From assembly GCA_038245295.1 (NCBI GenBank), contig JBBRSP010000016.1, positions 1 through 64,000 of the forward strand: a DNA stretch of 64,000 nucleotides, in the 5' to 3' direction. This document shows positions 8,767 to 18,503 of the stretch, piece by piece. The DNA is from Candidatus Binatia bacterium. GTDB lineage: Bacteria; Desulfobacterota; Binatia; HRBIN30. The number at the start of each line of letters is the position of its first letter. The stretch's first letter is position 1. A program made the translations under genes and the position numbers. The notes under the pieces are model-generated. The model was not told the DNA's origin and made no database searches. It was given only the letters and a program-made list of their open reading frames with translations.

Positions 8767-11636
8767 TACGCTGCCAGCACTTCGTTTAGTTCGCGCAACA
8801 CCTTACCCAAGTCTCCCCCGAACACTTGTCGGGCTTTCCCTAGCCCACCCTCGGCAGAGAATGGTGTGTAGTCGAGATCATCGAAGCCGATCTCCAAACT
8901 GGTTGCGACGTGGTCGCGCATCATCTCCAGCCAGCGACGCTGCTGGTCGGTGAACTTCCGTCCTTCGTTCTCTTGTTGCGCCATCCAGTTGTCGAATCGC
9001 TCCCGTACTTGATCGGGGAACGGCTTCAGCTCGTTCTCTCGGTGCAAGGCGAAGCGAACGAGAGAGACCATGTCCGTGACCAGGCGTTCGCCCGACGTTT
9101 GCCGCACGCGGTCCTTCTCAACGACCTCGTAGGCTCGCCACAGTTTTTCCGGGGTCCACTGGCGCGGCGGTAGTTTGATCGCAGCAACCAGATCCTTGAT
9201 GTCTTTGAAGCCCAGGCGTCGTCCCGGCGGCTGGTTGTACAGGAACTGGAGCGCGTCGATTTCGTCCTTGTTCTCATCGATGAACTTCTCGAACGACTCG
9301 ATCAAGCCCTTCGCTTTTGTCTTCGCTTCCTCAGAACTGCCCGCGTCCAGGAGTACGTCGGTGCTGATGTCGTCGATGATCTGCTCAAACTTCGTCTTCA
9401 ACTCGATCAGCAGCTTGCGCAGCTTCGGATTCGTCGCCAGCGGCGCGACCGCCGCCTTGCAGAGCTTCTCGGCGACCTGTTTGAGCTGTCCCTCTGTCGG
9501 GTCGGCGTCCTCGGGGATGCTGAACTCCGCCCGGGCGATCTCCTCCTGCTTCTCCGGCGCGATTGCCTTCAAGATGTCTTGCGTGATCGCCCCGAGAGTT
9601 TTTCCTGCGGATGATTGGAGGATTTGCTTGTGCTCGTCGCCTCCGCACTGGCGTTCAAGGCGGGCCAGACGGCTTGCAAGGGATGACAGGTAGTCTTCGT
9701 TGGTGCCGCCCGACGCGACATGCTCCAGCAGGGTCTTGAACCCGACACTCTTGTTGCGCTCCAGCGGCGTTGCCTCGGTCTTTTCCTGCGTACACACGCC
9801 GACGCAGTCGACGATCACGAAGCGGTCCTTGGTGGAGGCGTCCGGCGTGACGGCACGCAGCTCGTTGTTGTCGATAACGCGCACGCCGCGCCCCTTCATC
9901 TGGTCGAACAGCAGGCGACTCTGCACCATGCGCATGAACATGACGATCTCGATGGGCTTGATGTCGGTACCGGTGGCAATCATGTCGACGGTTACGGCAA
10001 TGCGCGGCCAAAAGCTGGTGCGGAAATCCTGAATGAGCTGGCGCGGGTCGGCTCCGGTGGTCTTGTACGTGATCTTCTGGGCGAACTGGTCGCCCCGGCC
10101 GAACTCGTCGCGCACGATCTCGACGATGTCCTCGGCGTGGCTGTCGTCCTTCGCGAAGATCAGCGTCTTCGGCACCTCGGTCCTGCCCGGGAAGATTTCG
10201 GTGAAGAGTCGCTCCTTGAAGGTTCGGACAATCGTTCGGATCTGATCCTTCGCAACCACGTTGTGATCGAGATCGCCCGCCGCGTAGGTGTAATCCTGGT
10301 CGGGCTTCTCCCAGCGCACCTGCCGCGTTGCCTTGTCACGGTGGCCCAAGACAATACCTTCGTCGGCAACCACCGTCGCACCGCTCTTGGTGATCTGGGT
10401 GACGATGTTGTAGACGTCGAAGTCGACGTTGACGCCATCGGCGACGGCTTGCTCGTGCCCGTACTCCATGACGAGGTTCTTGTTGAAGAACCCAAAGGTA
10501 TGTTTCGCGGGTGTCGCGGTCAGGCCGATCAGGAAGGCATCGAAGTACTCCACGACCTCGCGCCATAGGGAGTATATGCTGCGGTGGCACTCGTCGATCC
10601 AGACAACGTCGAAGAACTCCGGCGGGATCGTCGAATTGTAGGTCACGTGAACAGGACGCGCTGGAGACATGACGCCTGTCTCGTAGGCGGAATGCTCTTC
10701 CAGGTCCGGGTCCAGCTCGGGCTCGCCGGACAGCATCGAAAACAGCCGTTGAATGGTAGTGATCACCACCTTCGCCGAATCGCCGATCGTGTTCGAGGTG
10801 AGCCGCTGCACGTTGTAGAGCTCGGTGAACTTGCGATTGACGTCGGGAGCAACGAAGCCTTGGAACTCCTTCTCGGCCTGCTCGCCCAGGTTGGCGCGAT
10901 CGACAAGGAAGAGCACCCGACGCGCGCCGCCGTACTTGATGAGGCGGTACGCCGAGGTGATCGCCAGCTTGGTCTTGCCGCTGCCCGTCGCCATCTGAAT
11001 CAAGGCGCGCGGTTTGTTTTCGTAGAGCGAGCGTTCCAGTCGCTCGATGGCCTCGACCTTATTCTGCCACAGCCCCGGAAGAACAACCTCGGGCATCGCA
11101 CGCAGGCGCGACCGGAATGTGGCCGGACGCTTCATGTCGAGCTTGCGAGCTTCCAACTCGGTGGCCGTGCGCCAGCCGCCAACCCAGTCTGCAAGCGGCT
11201 GCTGCTGGAGCCACTCGGCGACCGTCTCTGGTCGATGGAACGAGACCACGCGGCGACTGCGCGGATCGGGATCAAGATCATTCAAGAAGAGCGTTTCGGT
11301 TCCGGTGCTGGAGTACAGGAAGGGAAGCGGACGGATCGGCGGTGACAGCTCGTCCGGTAGCCCCTCCGAGTACTTCTTCGCCTGCACCTGAACCCCGGAG
11401 AGCGTGTACCCGGCAGGCTTCGCCTCGACGACACCGACGGGGCGCTCGTCGACGAAGAGCAGGTAGTCCGCGAAGCCGTGCTCACTCTTCATCTTGAACT
11501 CGCGCACAGCGACGCCGCGCCGCGCCGCAAGGTTCATGTCGGCGCGGTCCTGCACCTCCCATCCAGCAGCGTCGAGCGCCGCGTCGATCAGCAGACGCGC
11601 CTTGGCTTCAGGATCTGGGCCTTTTGAGGGAGACAT
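8766..11636 (-). CDS. hsdR: Type I R-M restriction subunit (EcoEI/EcoAI-like C-terminus)
   Basis: ADYLLFVD..VVEAK nuclease motif, ATGSGKT Walker A, DECH, LTATP, QMKGRG. Start is uncertain (11636-11657). Confidence 0.93.
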   Translation of the reverse strand: MSPSKGPDPEAKARLLIDAALDAAGWEVQDRADMNLAARRGVAVREFKMKSEHGFADYLLFVDERPVGVVEAKPAGYTLSGVQVQAKKYSEGLPDELSPPIRPLPFLYSSTGTETLFLNDLDPDPRSRRVVSFHRPETVAEWLQQQPLADWVGGWRTATELEARKLDMKRPATFRSRLRAMPEVVLPGLWQNKVEAIERLERSLYENKPRALIQMATGSGKTKLAITSAYRLIKYGGARRVLFLVDRANLGEQAEKEFQGFVAPDVNRKFTELYNVQRLTSNTIGDSAKVVITTIQRLFSMLSGEPELDPDLEEHSAYETGVMSPARPVHVTYNSTIPPEFFDVVWIDECHRSIYSLWREVVEYFDAFLIGLTATPAKHTFGFFNKNLVMEYGHEQAVADGVNVDFDVYNIVTQITKSGATVVADEGIVLGHRDKATRQVRWEKPDQDYTYAAGDLDHNVVAKDQIRTIVRTFKERLFTEIFPGRTEVPKTLIFAKDDSHAEDIVEIVRDEFGRGDQFAQKITYKTTGADPRQLIQDFRTSFWPRIAVTVDMIATGTDIKPIEIVMFMRMVQSRLLFDQMKGRGVRVIDNNELRAVTPDASTKDRFVIVDCVGVCTQEKTEATPLERNKSVGFKTLLEHVASGGTNEDYLSSLASRLARLERQCGGDEHKQILQSSAGKTLGAITQDILKAIAPEKQEEIARAEFSIPEDADPTEGQLKQVAEKLCKAAVAPLATNPKLRKLLIELKTKFEQIIDDISTDVLLDAGSSEEAKTKAKGLIESFEKFIDENKDEIDALQFLYNQPPGRRLGFKDIKDLVAAIKLPPRQWTPEKLWRAYEVVEKDRVRQTSGERLVTDMVSLVRFALHRENELKPFPDQVRERFDNWMAQQENEGRKFTDQQRRWLEMMRDHVATSLEIGFDDLDYTPFSAEGGLGKARQVFGGDLGKVLRELNEVLAA

Positions 11637-12123
11637 CGAACGGTGTGTATGCGGCAAACTTCAACGGGGGTCAAATTGTTCGGTGGCGAAGAAGCGGGGG
11701 CTGGGAAGCAGGCGGGTGTGCGGGGTCGGACCACGGCAACCTGCGGGAATGGTTCAGATCTGAGCCCGCATCGGCCTCGTCTTTCACTTTAGCGTGAGGT
11801 TTCCGGGGCGGATTTCGTGGCTCGAACGAGGCGAGACCGCCTTGAGGAGGCGGTTGCCGATTGTCGTACCACCCCAAAGCGGTTTTGCGGTTAGCGCTTG
11901 GGGACGGTTGACGGGTTAGCAACGACTCGCCGAGGTGATGCGTGACGCACACCTCACGCTGCAACTCGGCGAGCGAATGAGGACGTTTGCCTCAAATGTG
12001 CGCGAGCGTAAAGTACTGCCCGTAGCCCGAGGCTGCAAAGTGGGGGGGGCCCTTTAGCTGCCCTAGTCTTGATCAGCCTCAGGTCGGGTTGAGGTGGGAT
12101 GACGAGTCGGATACTTTGTAGGA

Positions 12124-12387
12124 ATGCAGGGTAAGACAAAGGTTTCGATCACCGTCCGTACGCGGTTGCTCAAAGAGGTTGAACGCGTCGCGGGGGACAC
12201 GAGCCGCAGTGCGATCTTTGATCAAGCTCTTGCTCACTGGCTGCAAGAACGACGACAAGGGCAACTCGAGCAAGACATCGAGAGCTACTACCGGTCTCTG
12301 AGTGCCGGGGAGAACGCCGAAGATGAGACATGGGCACAGGGCGGTGACGACACGGTGAACCGGGTTTGGAGCGAGCCCAAGCGGTGA
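12124..12387 (+). CDS. Ribbon-helix-helix antitoxin (MazE-like)
   Basis: KTKVSITV..LLKEVER...SRSAIFDQAL RHH pattern, acidic C-terminus, GTGA overlap with the toxin. Confidence 0.8.
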   Translation: MQGKTKVSITVRTRLLKEVERVAGDTSRSAIFDQALAHWLQERRQGQLEQDIESYYRSLSAGENAEDETWAQGGDDTVNRVWSEPKR

Positions 12388-12740
12388 CAGGAGAAGATCT
12401 CTACCCTCGTCGTGCCCACATCTATTGGGTCAAGGTCCCCGACGAGCCCGGCGGTAAGCGCCGACCCGCGTTGGTAGTGTCCCCTGACGTTCGGAACCGC
12501 TTGGCCAGTGACGTGATTGTTGTCCCCATCTCGAGCGTGCTGCGCGAGGCGCCGACGCACGTTCGTCTGCGTTCGCGAGAAGGTGGGCTCGCACGTCCAT
12601 CAGTAGCCAAATGCGAACAGATCACGACACTGCGTCGCGACCGATTGCTGCCGCGGCCGCTAAGCGGTGCCCTATCGGCTGCGCGTATGATCGAGGTGGA
12701 AAAGGCGATCCTGCGAGCCATCGGTGTTCCGATCCATTGA
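12384..12740 (+). CDS. mazF: MazF/PemK-family endoribonuclease toxin
   Basis: RAHIYWV...GKRRPALVVSPDVRN...VIVVPIS...CEQITTL. Confidence 0.9.
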   Translation: MTGEDLYPRRAHIYWVKVPDEPGGKRRPALVVSPDVRNRLASDVIVVPISSVLREAPTHVRLRSREGGLARPSVAKCEQITTLRRDRLLPRPLSGALSAARMIEVEKAILRAIGVPIH

Positions 12741-13002
12741 TGGATTCTCTCAAAGAACCGCTTCCGCTTACGAACCGAGTCTTGGTCTCACGCAGAGGCG
12801 CTAACCCGCACAGGGAGAGCGCCGGTAGGGAATTGAACGGGGATGGCCAGAACGAACCGGTCGGAATGCTGTTGTTGCCGTCATCCTGTCTATCCTGTTC
12901 ATCCTGTTGAAGGTCCGGATGCTGCGCCGGTTGACCACCGCCGCTCTGACGCTGGTCCATCGGCACCCAGGAGAGGGGAGGCCCCCGGCGAGGGACGGCG
13001 TC

Positions 13003-15339
13003 TCAGTCCTTGATTCCCAAGCTGCGCAGCAGCCGGGCAAAGTTGCTGCGGGACATTCCCAACAGACGAGCCGCGGCGGCCTGGTTTCCGCCAGCTTGCG
13101 TCAGGGCATCCATCGCACGCCTACGTTTCTCGTCACGTAGGCTTTCGCGAAGCGAAGAGCTTCCTTCGTCGCTCTCGGCCAATCCTGGCAGGTGGATCGG
13201 CTCGATGCGCTCGCCGTCGCAGATCAGCACGGCCCGCTCGACGACGTTCTGCAGCTCGCGGATATTGCCGGGCCACGCGTAGCGTTTCAGGGCGGTCATC
13301 GCCTCCGGGGAGAATCCGGCGATCGACTTGGCGAAGGCGGCGTTGGAGCGTTCGAGGAAGAACGAGGCCAACATTGGAATGTCGTTGCTGCGGGCGCGCA
13401 AGGCGGGCAACTCTATCGGCAGGGCGGCGAGGCGATAGTACAGGTCTTCGCGAAACTTGCCGGCGCGCACTTCGCGCTGCAGGTCCTTGTTGGTGGCGGC
13501 GATGATCCGCACGTCGAGCTTGATGGTCTGGCGGCCGCCGACACGTTGTACTTCGCGCTCCTGGAGGACGCGCAGCAGTTTGGTCTGCACCGCTTGCGGT
13601 AGGTCGGCAACTTCATCGAGAAAGATGCTGCCGCCTTGGGCCAGCTCGAAGCGGCCCGGTTGGCTGTCGACGGCTCCCGTAAACGCGCCACGTTCGCGGC
13701 CGAACAATTCACTCTCGGCGAGGTCGACAGGGATCGCCGGACAGTTCACGGTGATCAGCGGGCCGTCGCGGCGCGGGCTAGCGTCGTGCAAAGCACGGGC
13801 GATCAACTCCTTGCCGGTGCCGGTTTCGCCGGTGATGAGGACGGAGGTGTCGGTCGGCGCCACGCGCTCGACCAGGGCAAGCACCTGTTGCAGCTCCTGG
13901 CTGCTACCGACAATGTCGGAGAAACGCGACGCCGTGCGCACTTCCAAACGCAGGACACGATTCTCAGCGGCCAGGCGTTTCTGCAGCCCTTCGATTTCGG
14001 ACTTCTGCGATTCGATCCGCGTCACATGGTCGATGTTCGACCAGGCGATCCCGAGGCGCGAGGCCAGCAGCGCAAGCAGCGCTTGATCCGCATCGTCGAT
14101 GGCAGCGCCCGAGCGCTTGGCGCCGAGAGCCACGAGGCCGGGCCGATCGGGGTCGGGAATCGTTACGCAATACTCCCACGCATCGAGTCCGACGCTGCTT
14201 GGCAACGGCGTCGGCAGGTTGTCGGCGGTGGGTGGCAGCTGCGGCGGTGCATCCGGAAAGCCCTGTGCATACTCGAGGCGCAGGGGCCCCGCGGCTGGTG
14301 CCTGGCGATAGAGCGCGACACCGGTGACATCAAAACAATGCTGAATCGTCTGCGCGACGCGTCGCCCGACCTCGGCAGCACCGTCGAGCCGCACCACTTC
14401 CGTGGCCAACTCCCAGATCGCCGCACGCGCCGCCCGCCGCGCCGGGAAAAGCGCCCCAACCTGCGCTTCTATGGTAGAACGCCAACGGTTCGCCGCCACC
14501 ACACTCACGGCACCGACAATCAGGATCGGCCCACCACCGAGCAAAGCACTGCTACCAGCCGGTGCCTCGCTCACCCAGATCACCAACACTGTAAAAGGAA
14601 TCGCCACCGCCAGCGCCACCACCACAAACCCCGTGGCGCGGCTCACCAACGTATCGATCGGCAACACCCGGCGGCGAACAATGGCGTAAGAGGAAGTAAC
14701 AACGAAGATCGCCGGCGCCAGACGACCTACCGGAAACATGCCAAAGCCAAGGTTGCCCAGGTAGTTGAGCGCACCCAACGGAAGAAGAGTCGACATCCCA
14801 AGGAGCCAGTACTTCATCCGGAGACGAACGCGAGGTTCTGTGGCAATGACCATGCCTCTAACCGCGAGAGCCACGGCAATCACCGTCGTCAGCATGAAAA
14901 ACGCCACTTGGGGCACAAAGAATGGTCCAGGGCGAGCCATCTTGCCCCAGGGGTAGTCAAGATAACCGTCGACCACCAAATCGTGGAAGTGCAAGAAGCA
15001 GAATCCGAACGCGATCGCATATATTCCGCGGATGAGCCAAAGAACTCCGCGGAGCTCGATGAGACCCGACCAAGACGCAGCGATATGTGGAGCAGCGGTC
15101 GGCACCATGAGGGAGGCATATCGGAGAAGCCAGATTACCCGGTCGTGATTTTCAGGAAACCCTGAGAGCGACATGAGCCCCAAGCTCAATGCCCAGGCTG
15201 CAACACAGACGCCCGCAACAACAAATGATGGCACGAGCGAGCGCTCACGGGCACCAGCAATAACGGCAATCGTTGCTACCAACGACAGCGCGGTGGAAGC
15301 GAGAGGAATTGCGACTGCGAGAAGCTGGGCAGATGACAT
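13003..15339 (-). CDS. Membrane-bound sigma54-dependent activator (7TM sensor, GAF, AAA+, Fis-type HTH)
   Basis: Many TM helices, then GETGTGKE, ESELFG..RGAFTGA, FLDEV, WPGNIRELQN and NQAAAARLLGMSR. No receiver domain. Confidence 0.9.
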   Translation of the reverse strand: MSSAQLLAVAIPLASTALSLVATIAVIAGARERSLVPSFVVAGVCVAAWALSLGLMSLSGFPENHDRVIWLLRYASLMVPTAAPHIAASWSGLIELRGVLWLIRGIYAIAFGFCFLHFHDLVVDGYLDYPWGKMARPGPFFVPQVAFFMLTTVIAVALAVRGMVIATEPRVRLRMKYWLLGMSTLLPLGALNYLGNLGFGMFPVGRLAPAIFVVTSSYAIVRRRVLPIDTLVSRATGFVVVALAVAIPFTVLVIWVSEAPAGSSALLGGGPILIVGAVSVVAANRWRSTIEAQVGALFPARRAARAAIWELATEVVRLDGAAEVGRRVAQTIQHCFDVTGVALYRQAPAAGPLRLEYAQGFPDAPPQLPPTADNLPTPLPSSVGLDAWEYCVTIPDPDRPGLVALGAKRSGAAIDDADQALLALLASRLGIAWSNIDHVTRIESQKSEIEGLQKRLAAENRVLRLEVRTASRFSDIVGSSQELQQVLALVERVAPTDTSVLITGETGTGKELIARALHDASPRRDGPLITVNCPAIPVDLAESELFGRERGAFTGAVDSQPGRFELAQGGSIFLDEVADLPQAVQTKLLRVLQEREVQRVGGRQTIKLDVRIIAATNKDLQREVRAGKFREDLYYRLAALPIELPALRARSNDIPMLASFFLERSNAAFAKSIAGFSPEAMTALKRYAWPGNIRELQNVVERAVLICDGERIEPIHLPGLAESDEGSSSLRESLRDEKRRRAMDALTQAGGNQAAAARLLGMSRSNFARLLRSLGIKD

Positions 15340-15349
15340 CGGCTTTCCG

Positions 15350-17518
15350 TTAGCGCCCGCGTGCCTTACCAGATGAAGCGGCAAGGCGAGCGTCGTGTGG
15401 CTCGACGCTTTCTTTCGGTGTGAATAATGGACTACCCAGAGTCGACGAGGCAAGGTCAATGCTGAACGTAGCACCAACCCCCTCCTGGCTGCTCACCTCA
15501 ATATGACCGCCGTGCTCACTTACCAGCTGATGGACGATCGCCAGGCCCAGTCCGGTGCCTTTTTCCTTCGTAGTGAAGAACGGCACAAATATATGATCAA
15601 GTTGATCGCTCGCGATTCCCACGCCAGTATCGGCGACCTCAAGGCGGGCACAAGGCGCGCCACCTCGCTCGGCACGAGCTGTCCTTATCGAGACAGTCCC
15701 ACCAGCTTTACATGCCTGAATTCCGTTCAGGACGAGATTGATCAATATCTGCTTCATCTGGTCTTCGTCCGCATGGACCAGTGGCGTGTCCGGTGTCAAC
15801 GCTCGCTCGATCACAACCTTATATTTTCGAGCTTCAGGATCGAGTAGCGACACAACTCGTTCGATTAATTCATTCAGATCGAGCGGGCGGGGAGAGCGAG
15901 CGGGGGAACGTGCGAAAGCAAGCAGTTCATTGATGAGATGGGTGATGCGTTTCACCTCATCTGCGGCCATCGCGAGGAAGCTTGTAAAAAACTCCTCGTC
16001 GTGACGCCGGTCAGGGGCTAGCTGGAAGAACGTCTGAATCGAGACGAGAGGGTTACGAACCTCGTGCGCAATACCGGCCGCCAAGGTCCCGAGTGCGGAT
16101 AGGCGGTCCGCGCGTTGGATAATCTCCTGCGACTTCTTGAGTTCCTCATAGAGTCGAGCATTCTCGAGCGCGACGGAGGCTTCTGCGCCAAGGGTATCCA
16201 GCAGATCAAGATCGCCAGACGAGAACGCTTCCATATTTTGTTTCTGCCCCAAGGCAATGAAACCAATTATCGTGGGGCCCGCCGTTAGAGGGATACACGC
16301 TTCCCACCCATTCGCCTCAAAGAGGTCCGATATGCTTGCCACGACAGCGTCTCGATCCCCAGCCAACTCCGCATGAAGCACTGACCGGTGGCGCTCCCGC
16401 AGCATTCCAACAAGCGGGTGATCTGTGGCGAATGTGGTGGGGACTGGAGGGCCACCGACCGCAGCTTGTACCGTCAATTGCCGAATACGCGGCTCAAGGA
16501 GGACTACGACTAGCCGTTCGAGCTTCAGGCTCTGCGTAAGAGTCGACGTGAGCTCTGCGAGCAAACGGTCACGGTCAAGTATCCTTACGATAGAGCGGGC
16601 AAACGAGGAGAGCGCCGATCGATACTCATGGCGTTCTCGGAATAGCGAGCGCTCAATCCGGGACTGGGCGCGTGTCTGGAATGAGGGGAATAAGGCGGCT
16701 ACGCCGAGGAACAACAGGGCAACGGCGATGGAGAAATCGGGATGGATCTGGCCAAACGACTCGTATTGCAGCCACAGAATCAATCCGACAGCAGGCGCGA
16801 TCAACACAAAGACGACGGCTACGTATGCCATCCCCTTGCTAAGGAACAATTCTACGTCAAGCAGGCGGTGCCGAATGATCGCGTACGCAACAATCCCGGC
16901 CCAAATGGCATTAGCGAAGTTCCCCAACGGATAGAACTTGATTCCGTAGGCGGGAAGCAAATTCGTCAATCCGAAGGGTAGAGCCACTGCCGCCCCAAGT
17001 ACCCAAAAGCGAAGCTGCAAACGAATCCGTGGGTCGGTTGCCGTGCGCAGCCGGTAAATCAGAATGGAGGCGATCGCGATAAAATGCCCGATGAGGCTAA
17101 GAGTGAAGAGGTCATAGAACCGCCCGCCAACCGAGTAGTAGCCCCATGCGAACGGTCGCAGATCGGCGACAACCAGATCAAATAGATTTGCAACACTCAG
17201 AAACAGACTGACGGCGTATGAGAGCAAAAGTGGTAGCCGCGGAAGCGGCTTTGACTCGTCCAGTGAGAGAATGAGTTGCAGCAGCGCCGAGGGCAAAATG
17301 CAGGACCCCAACCGAGCCGGCCGGGCCAGCGCGAACGCGAGCGACTCGTCATGAACTTGGTACAGAACAAAAAAATGCAGATTCCACAGCGCCAACACGA
17401 GTGCTGCCCAGAGGAAGGTGCGCCCAATGCGCTCGCCACGGCGTCGAGAGTATACGAGGAGGCCCAAGACGACATCGGAGATTGCAGCCAGGAGAGGGAT
17501 CAGCGGATGGAACGACAT
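15350..17518 (-). CDS. 7TM-GAF sensor histidine kinase
   Basis: HisKA_7TM-like N-terminus, GAF, H-box IAHEVRNPL, N-box QILINLVLNG, DTGVGI, FFTTKEKGTGLGL. TGATG overlap with the upstream acyltransferase. Confidence 0.92.
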   Translation of the reverse strand: MSFHPLIPLLAAISDVVLGLLVYSRRRGERIGRTFLWAALVLALWNLHFFVLYQVHDESLAFALARPARLGSCILPSALLQLILSLDESKPLPRLPLLLSYAVSLFLSVANLFDLVVADLRPFAWGYYSVGGRFYDLFTLSLIGHFIAIASILIYRLRTATDPRIRLQLRFWVLGAAVALPFGLTNLLPAYGIKFYPLGNFANAIWAGIVAYAIIRHRLLDVELFLSKGMAYVAVVFVLIAPAVGLILWLQYESFGQIHPDFSIAVALLFLGVAALFPSFQTRAQSRIERSLFRERHEYRSALSSFARSIVRILDRDRLLAELTSTLTQSLKLERLVVVLLEPRIRQLTVQAAVGGPPVPTTFATDHPLVGMLRERHRSVLHAELAGDRDAVVASISDLFEANGWEACIPLTAGPTIIGFIALGQKQNMEAFSSGDLDLLDTLGAEASVALENARLYEELKKSQEIIQRADRLSALGTLAAGIAHEVRNPLVSIQTFFQLAPDRRHDEEFFTSFLAMAADEVKRITHLINELLAFARSPARSPRPLDLNELIERVVSLLDPEARKYKVVIERALTPDTPLVHADEDQMKQILINLVLNGIQACKAGGTVSIRTARAERGGAPCARLEVADTGVGIASDQLDHIFVPFFTTKEKGTGLGLAIVHQLVSEHGGHIEVSSQEGVGATFSIDLASSTLGSPLFTPKESVEPHDARLAASSGKARGR

Positions 17519-18144
17519 CAGATCCCCGCCCGCGTTCCAGTCCAAAGAAAACGGGCGACTGGGTCTCGACCGTCGATTGAGCGCTGCTTCAATTTGGAGA
17601 AGTCGAGGTGCATTACAAAGACAGTACCCCAATCCGGATGATCGAAGGCGAGGTCGTCGCGAATGCGAAAGGATGCGCGCTCATAAAGACGCTGCAGACG
17701 CTGAACATGCGTGCGCAGAACGTAGTCCGTGATGCCGTGTGAGGTGCCAAACTCGACCGCGTACCGCATCATCGCGAGGGGAAGCATCGCACCTCGCCCC
17801 CGGCGATGCTCCGGGAGCACCCAAAACCCTCCGATTTGCGCAACACAACGTCCAGGTAATTTGATACTCGACAACTCAACGAACTGCTCGATCTCAAGGG
17901 GTGCAGGGTCGGTGGTCAGGATCCGCATGCCGGCGAGAATCTGGCCGGTTTCGTCGAGCGCCACAAGGTGATGGGCACTCTCGTCAAAGCGATCCACACC
18001 GTGAAATCCAAACTCGTGACCATATATCGACCGGCGCGAGTGCAGCACTCGCTCCCGCAACGCCAAGTCCGCCTCAACAAATGTCACGTTCTCGAACAAC
18101 TCACTCCCTTTTCCAACTCTCGCGCCTAGATCACACGCTCGCAT
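17518..18144 (-). CDS. GNAT-fold N-acyltransferase of the FeeM/OlsB/LuxI (acyl-ACP-using) type
   Basis: R..IY..EFG..DRFDESAHHLVA...AGMRI...AQIGGFWVLPEHR...LYERASF. Start is uncertain (ORF track opens at 18192). Confidence 0.7.
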   Translation of the reverse strand: MRACDLGARVGKGSELFENVTFVEADLALRERVLHSRRSIYGHEFGFHGVDRFDESAHHLVALDETGQILAGMRILTTDPAPLEIEQFVELSSIKLPGRCVAQIGGFWVLPEHRRGRGAMLPLAMMRYAVEFGTSHGITDYVLRTHVQRLQRLYERASFRIRDDLAFDHPDWGTVFVMHLDFSKLKQRSIDGRDPVARFLWTGTRAGI

Positions 18145-18239
18145 GGTATCCTTGAATTGCGCACCCAATGCTCGTACTTTCCCCAAACCCACGTAGTTTA
18201 GTCAAGGCTGCGTGGGAAAGTTGGAAGGGGGGAGAGTCT

Positions 18240-18503
18240 GTGGCCGTTCTCCCGTTGCCGAGCCGTTCGCAGGTCGAGGCACAGATCGTCAAGCTCCTGG
18301 GCGACATTGCGGGAATCGATCCTGCGGTGATCACGCCGTCGGCGTCCATCGAGAACGAACTGCAGTTGCAGTCGGTGCAGTTCGTCGAGCTGCAGGTGGC
18401 GTTGGAAGACGAGTACGACATCGAGCTTGATCCGATCGAGATCATCGAGCGCGGGCGCTTCGATTTGATCGTCGACTATGTCTACGCGTGTGCCGTGGCG
18501 TGA
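18240..18503 (+). CDS. Acyl carrier protein with an atypical LQLQSV phosphopantetheine motif
   Basis: Small and acidic; ITPSASIENELQLQSVQFVELQVALEDEYDIEL. GTG 18240 follows GGAGAG. Confidence 0.75.
   Translation: MAVLPLPSRSQVEAQIVKLLGDIAGIDPAVITPSASIENELQLQSVQFVELQVALEDEYDIELDPIEIIERGRFDLIVDYVYACAVA

Noticed and set aside
11660..12120. tRNA, ncRNA or att site in the hsdR-antitoxin spacer
   Set aside because: Only short GC hairpins are present; no cloverleaf, recognisable RNA motif or integrase was seen.
13636..15165. 509-aa plus-strand ORF, and similar long antisense ORFs such as 39376-40698, 44652-46184 and 18482-19516
   Set aside because: These are typical stop-poor reverse frames of GC-rich genes that have clear motifs on the other strand.
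17518..18192. Calling the acyltransferase luxI
   Set aside because: The fold is compatible, but there is no LuxR and I cannot separate LuxI from FeeM/OlsB by eye.
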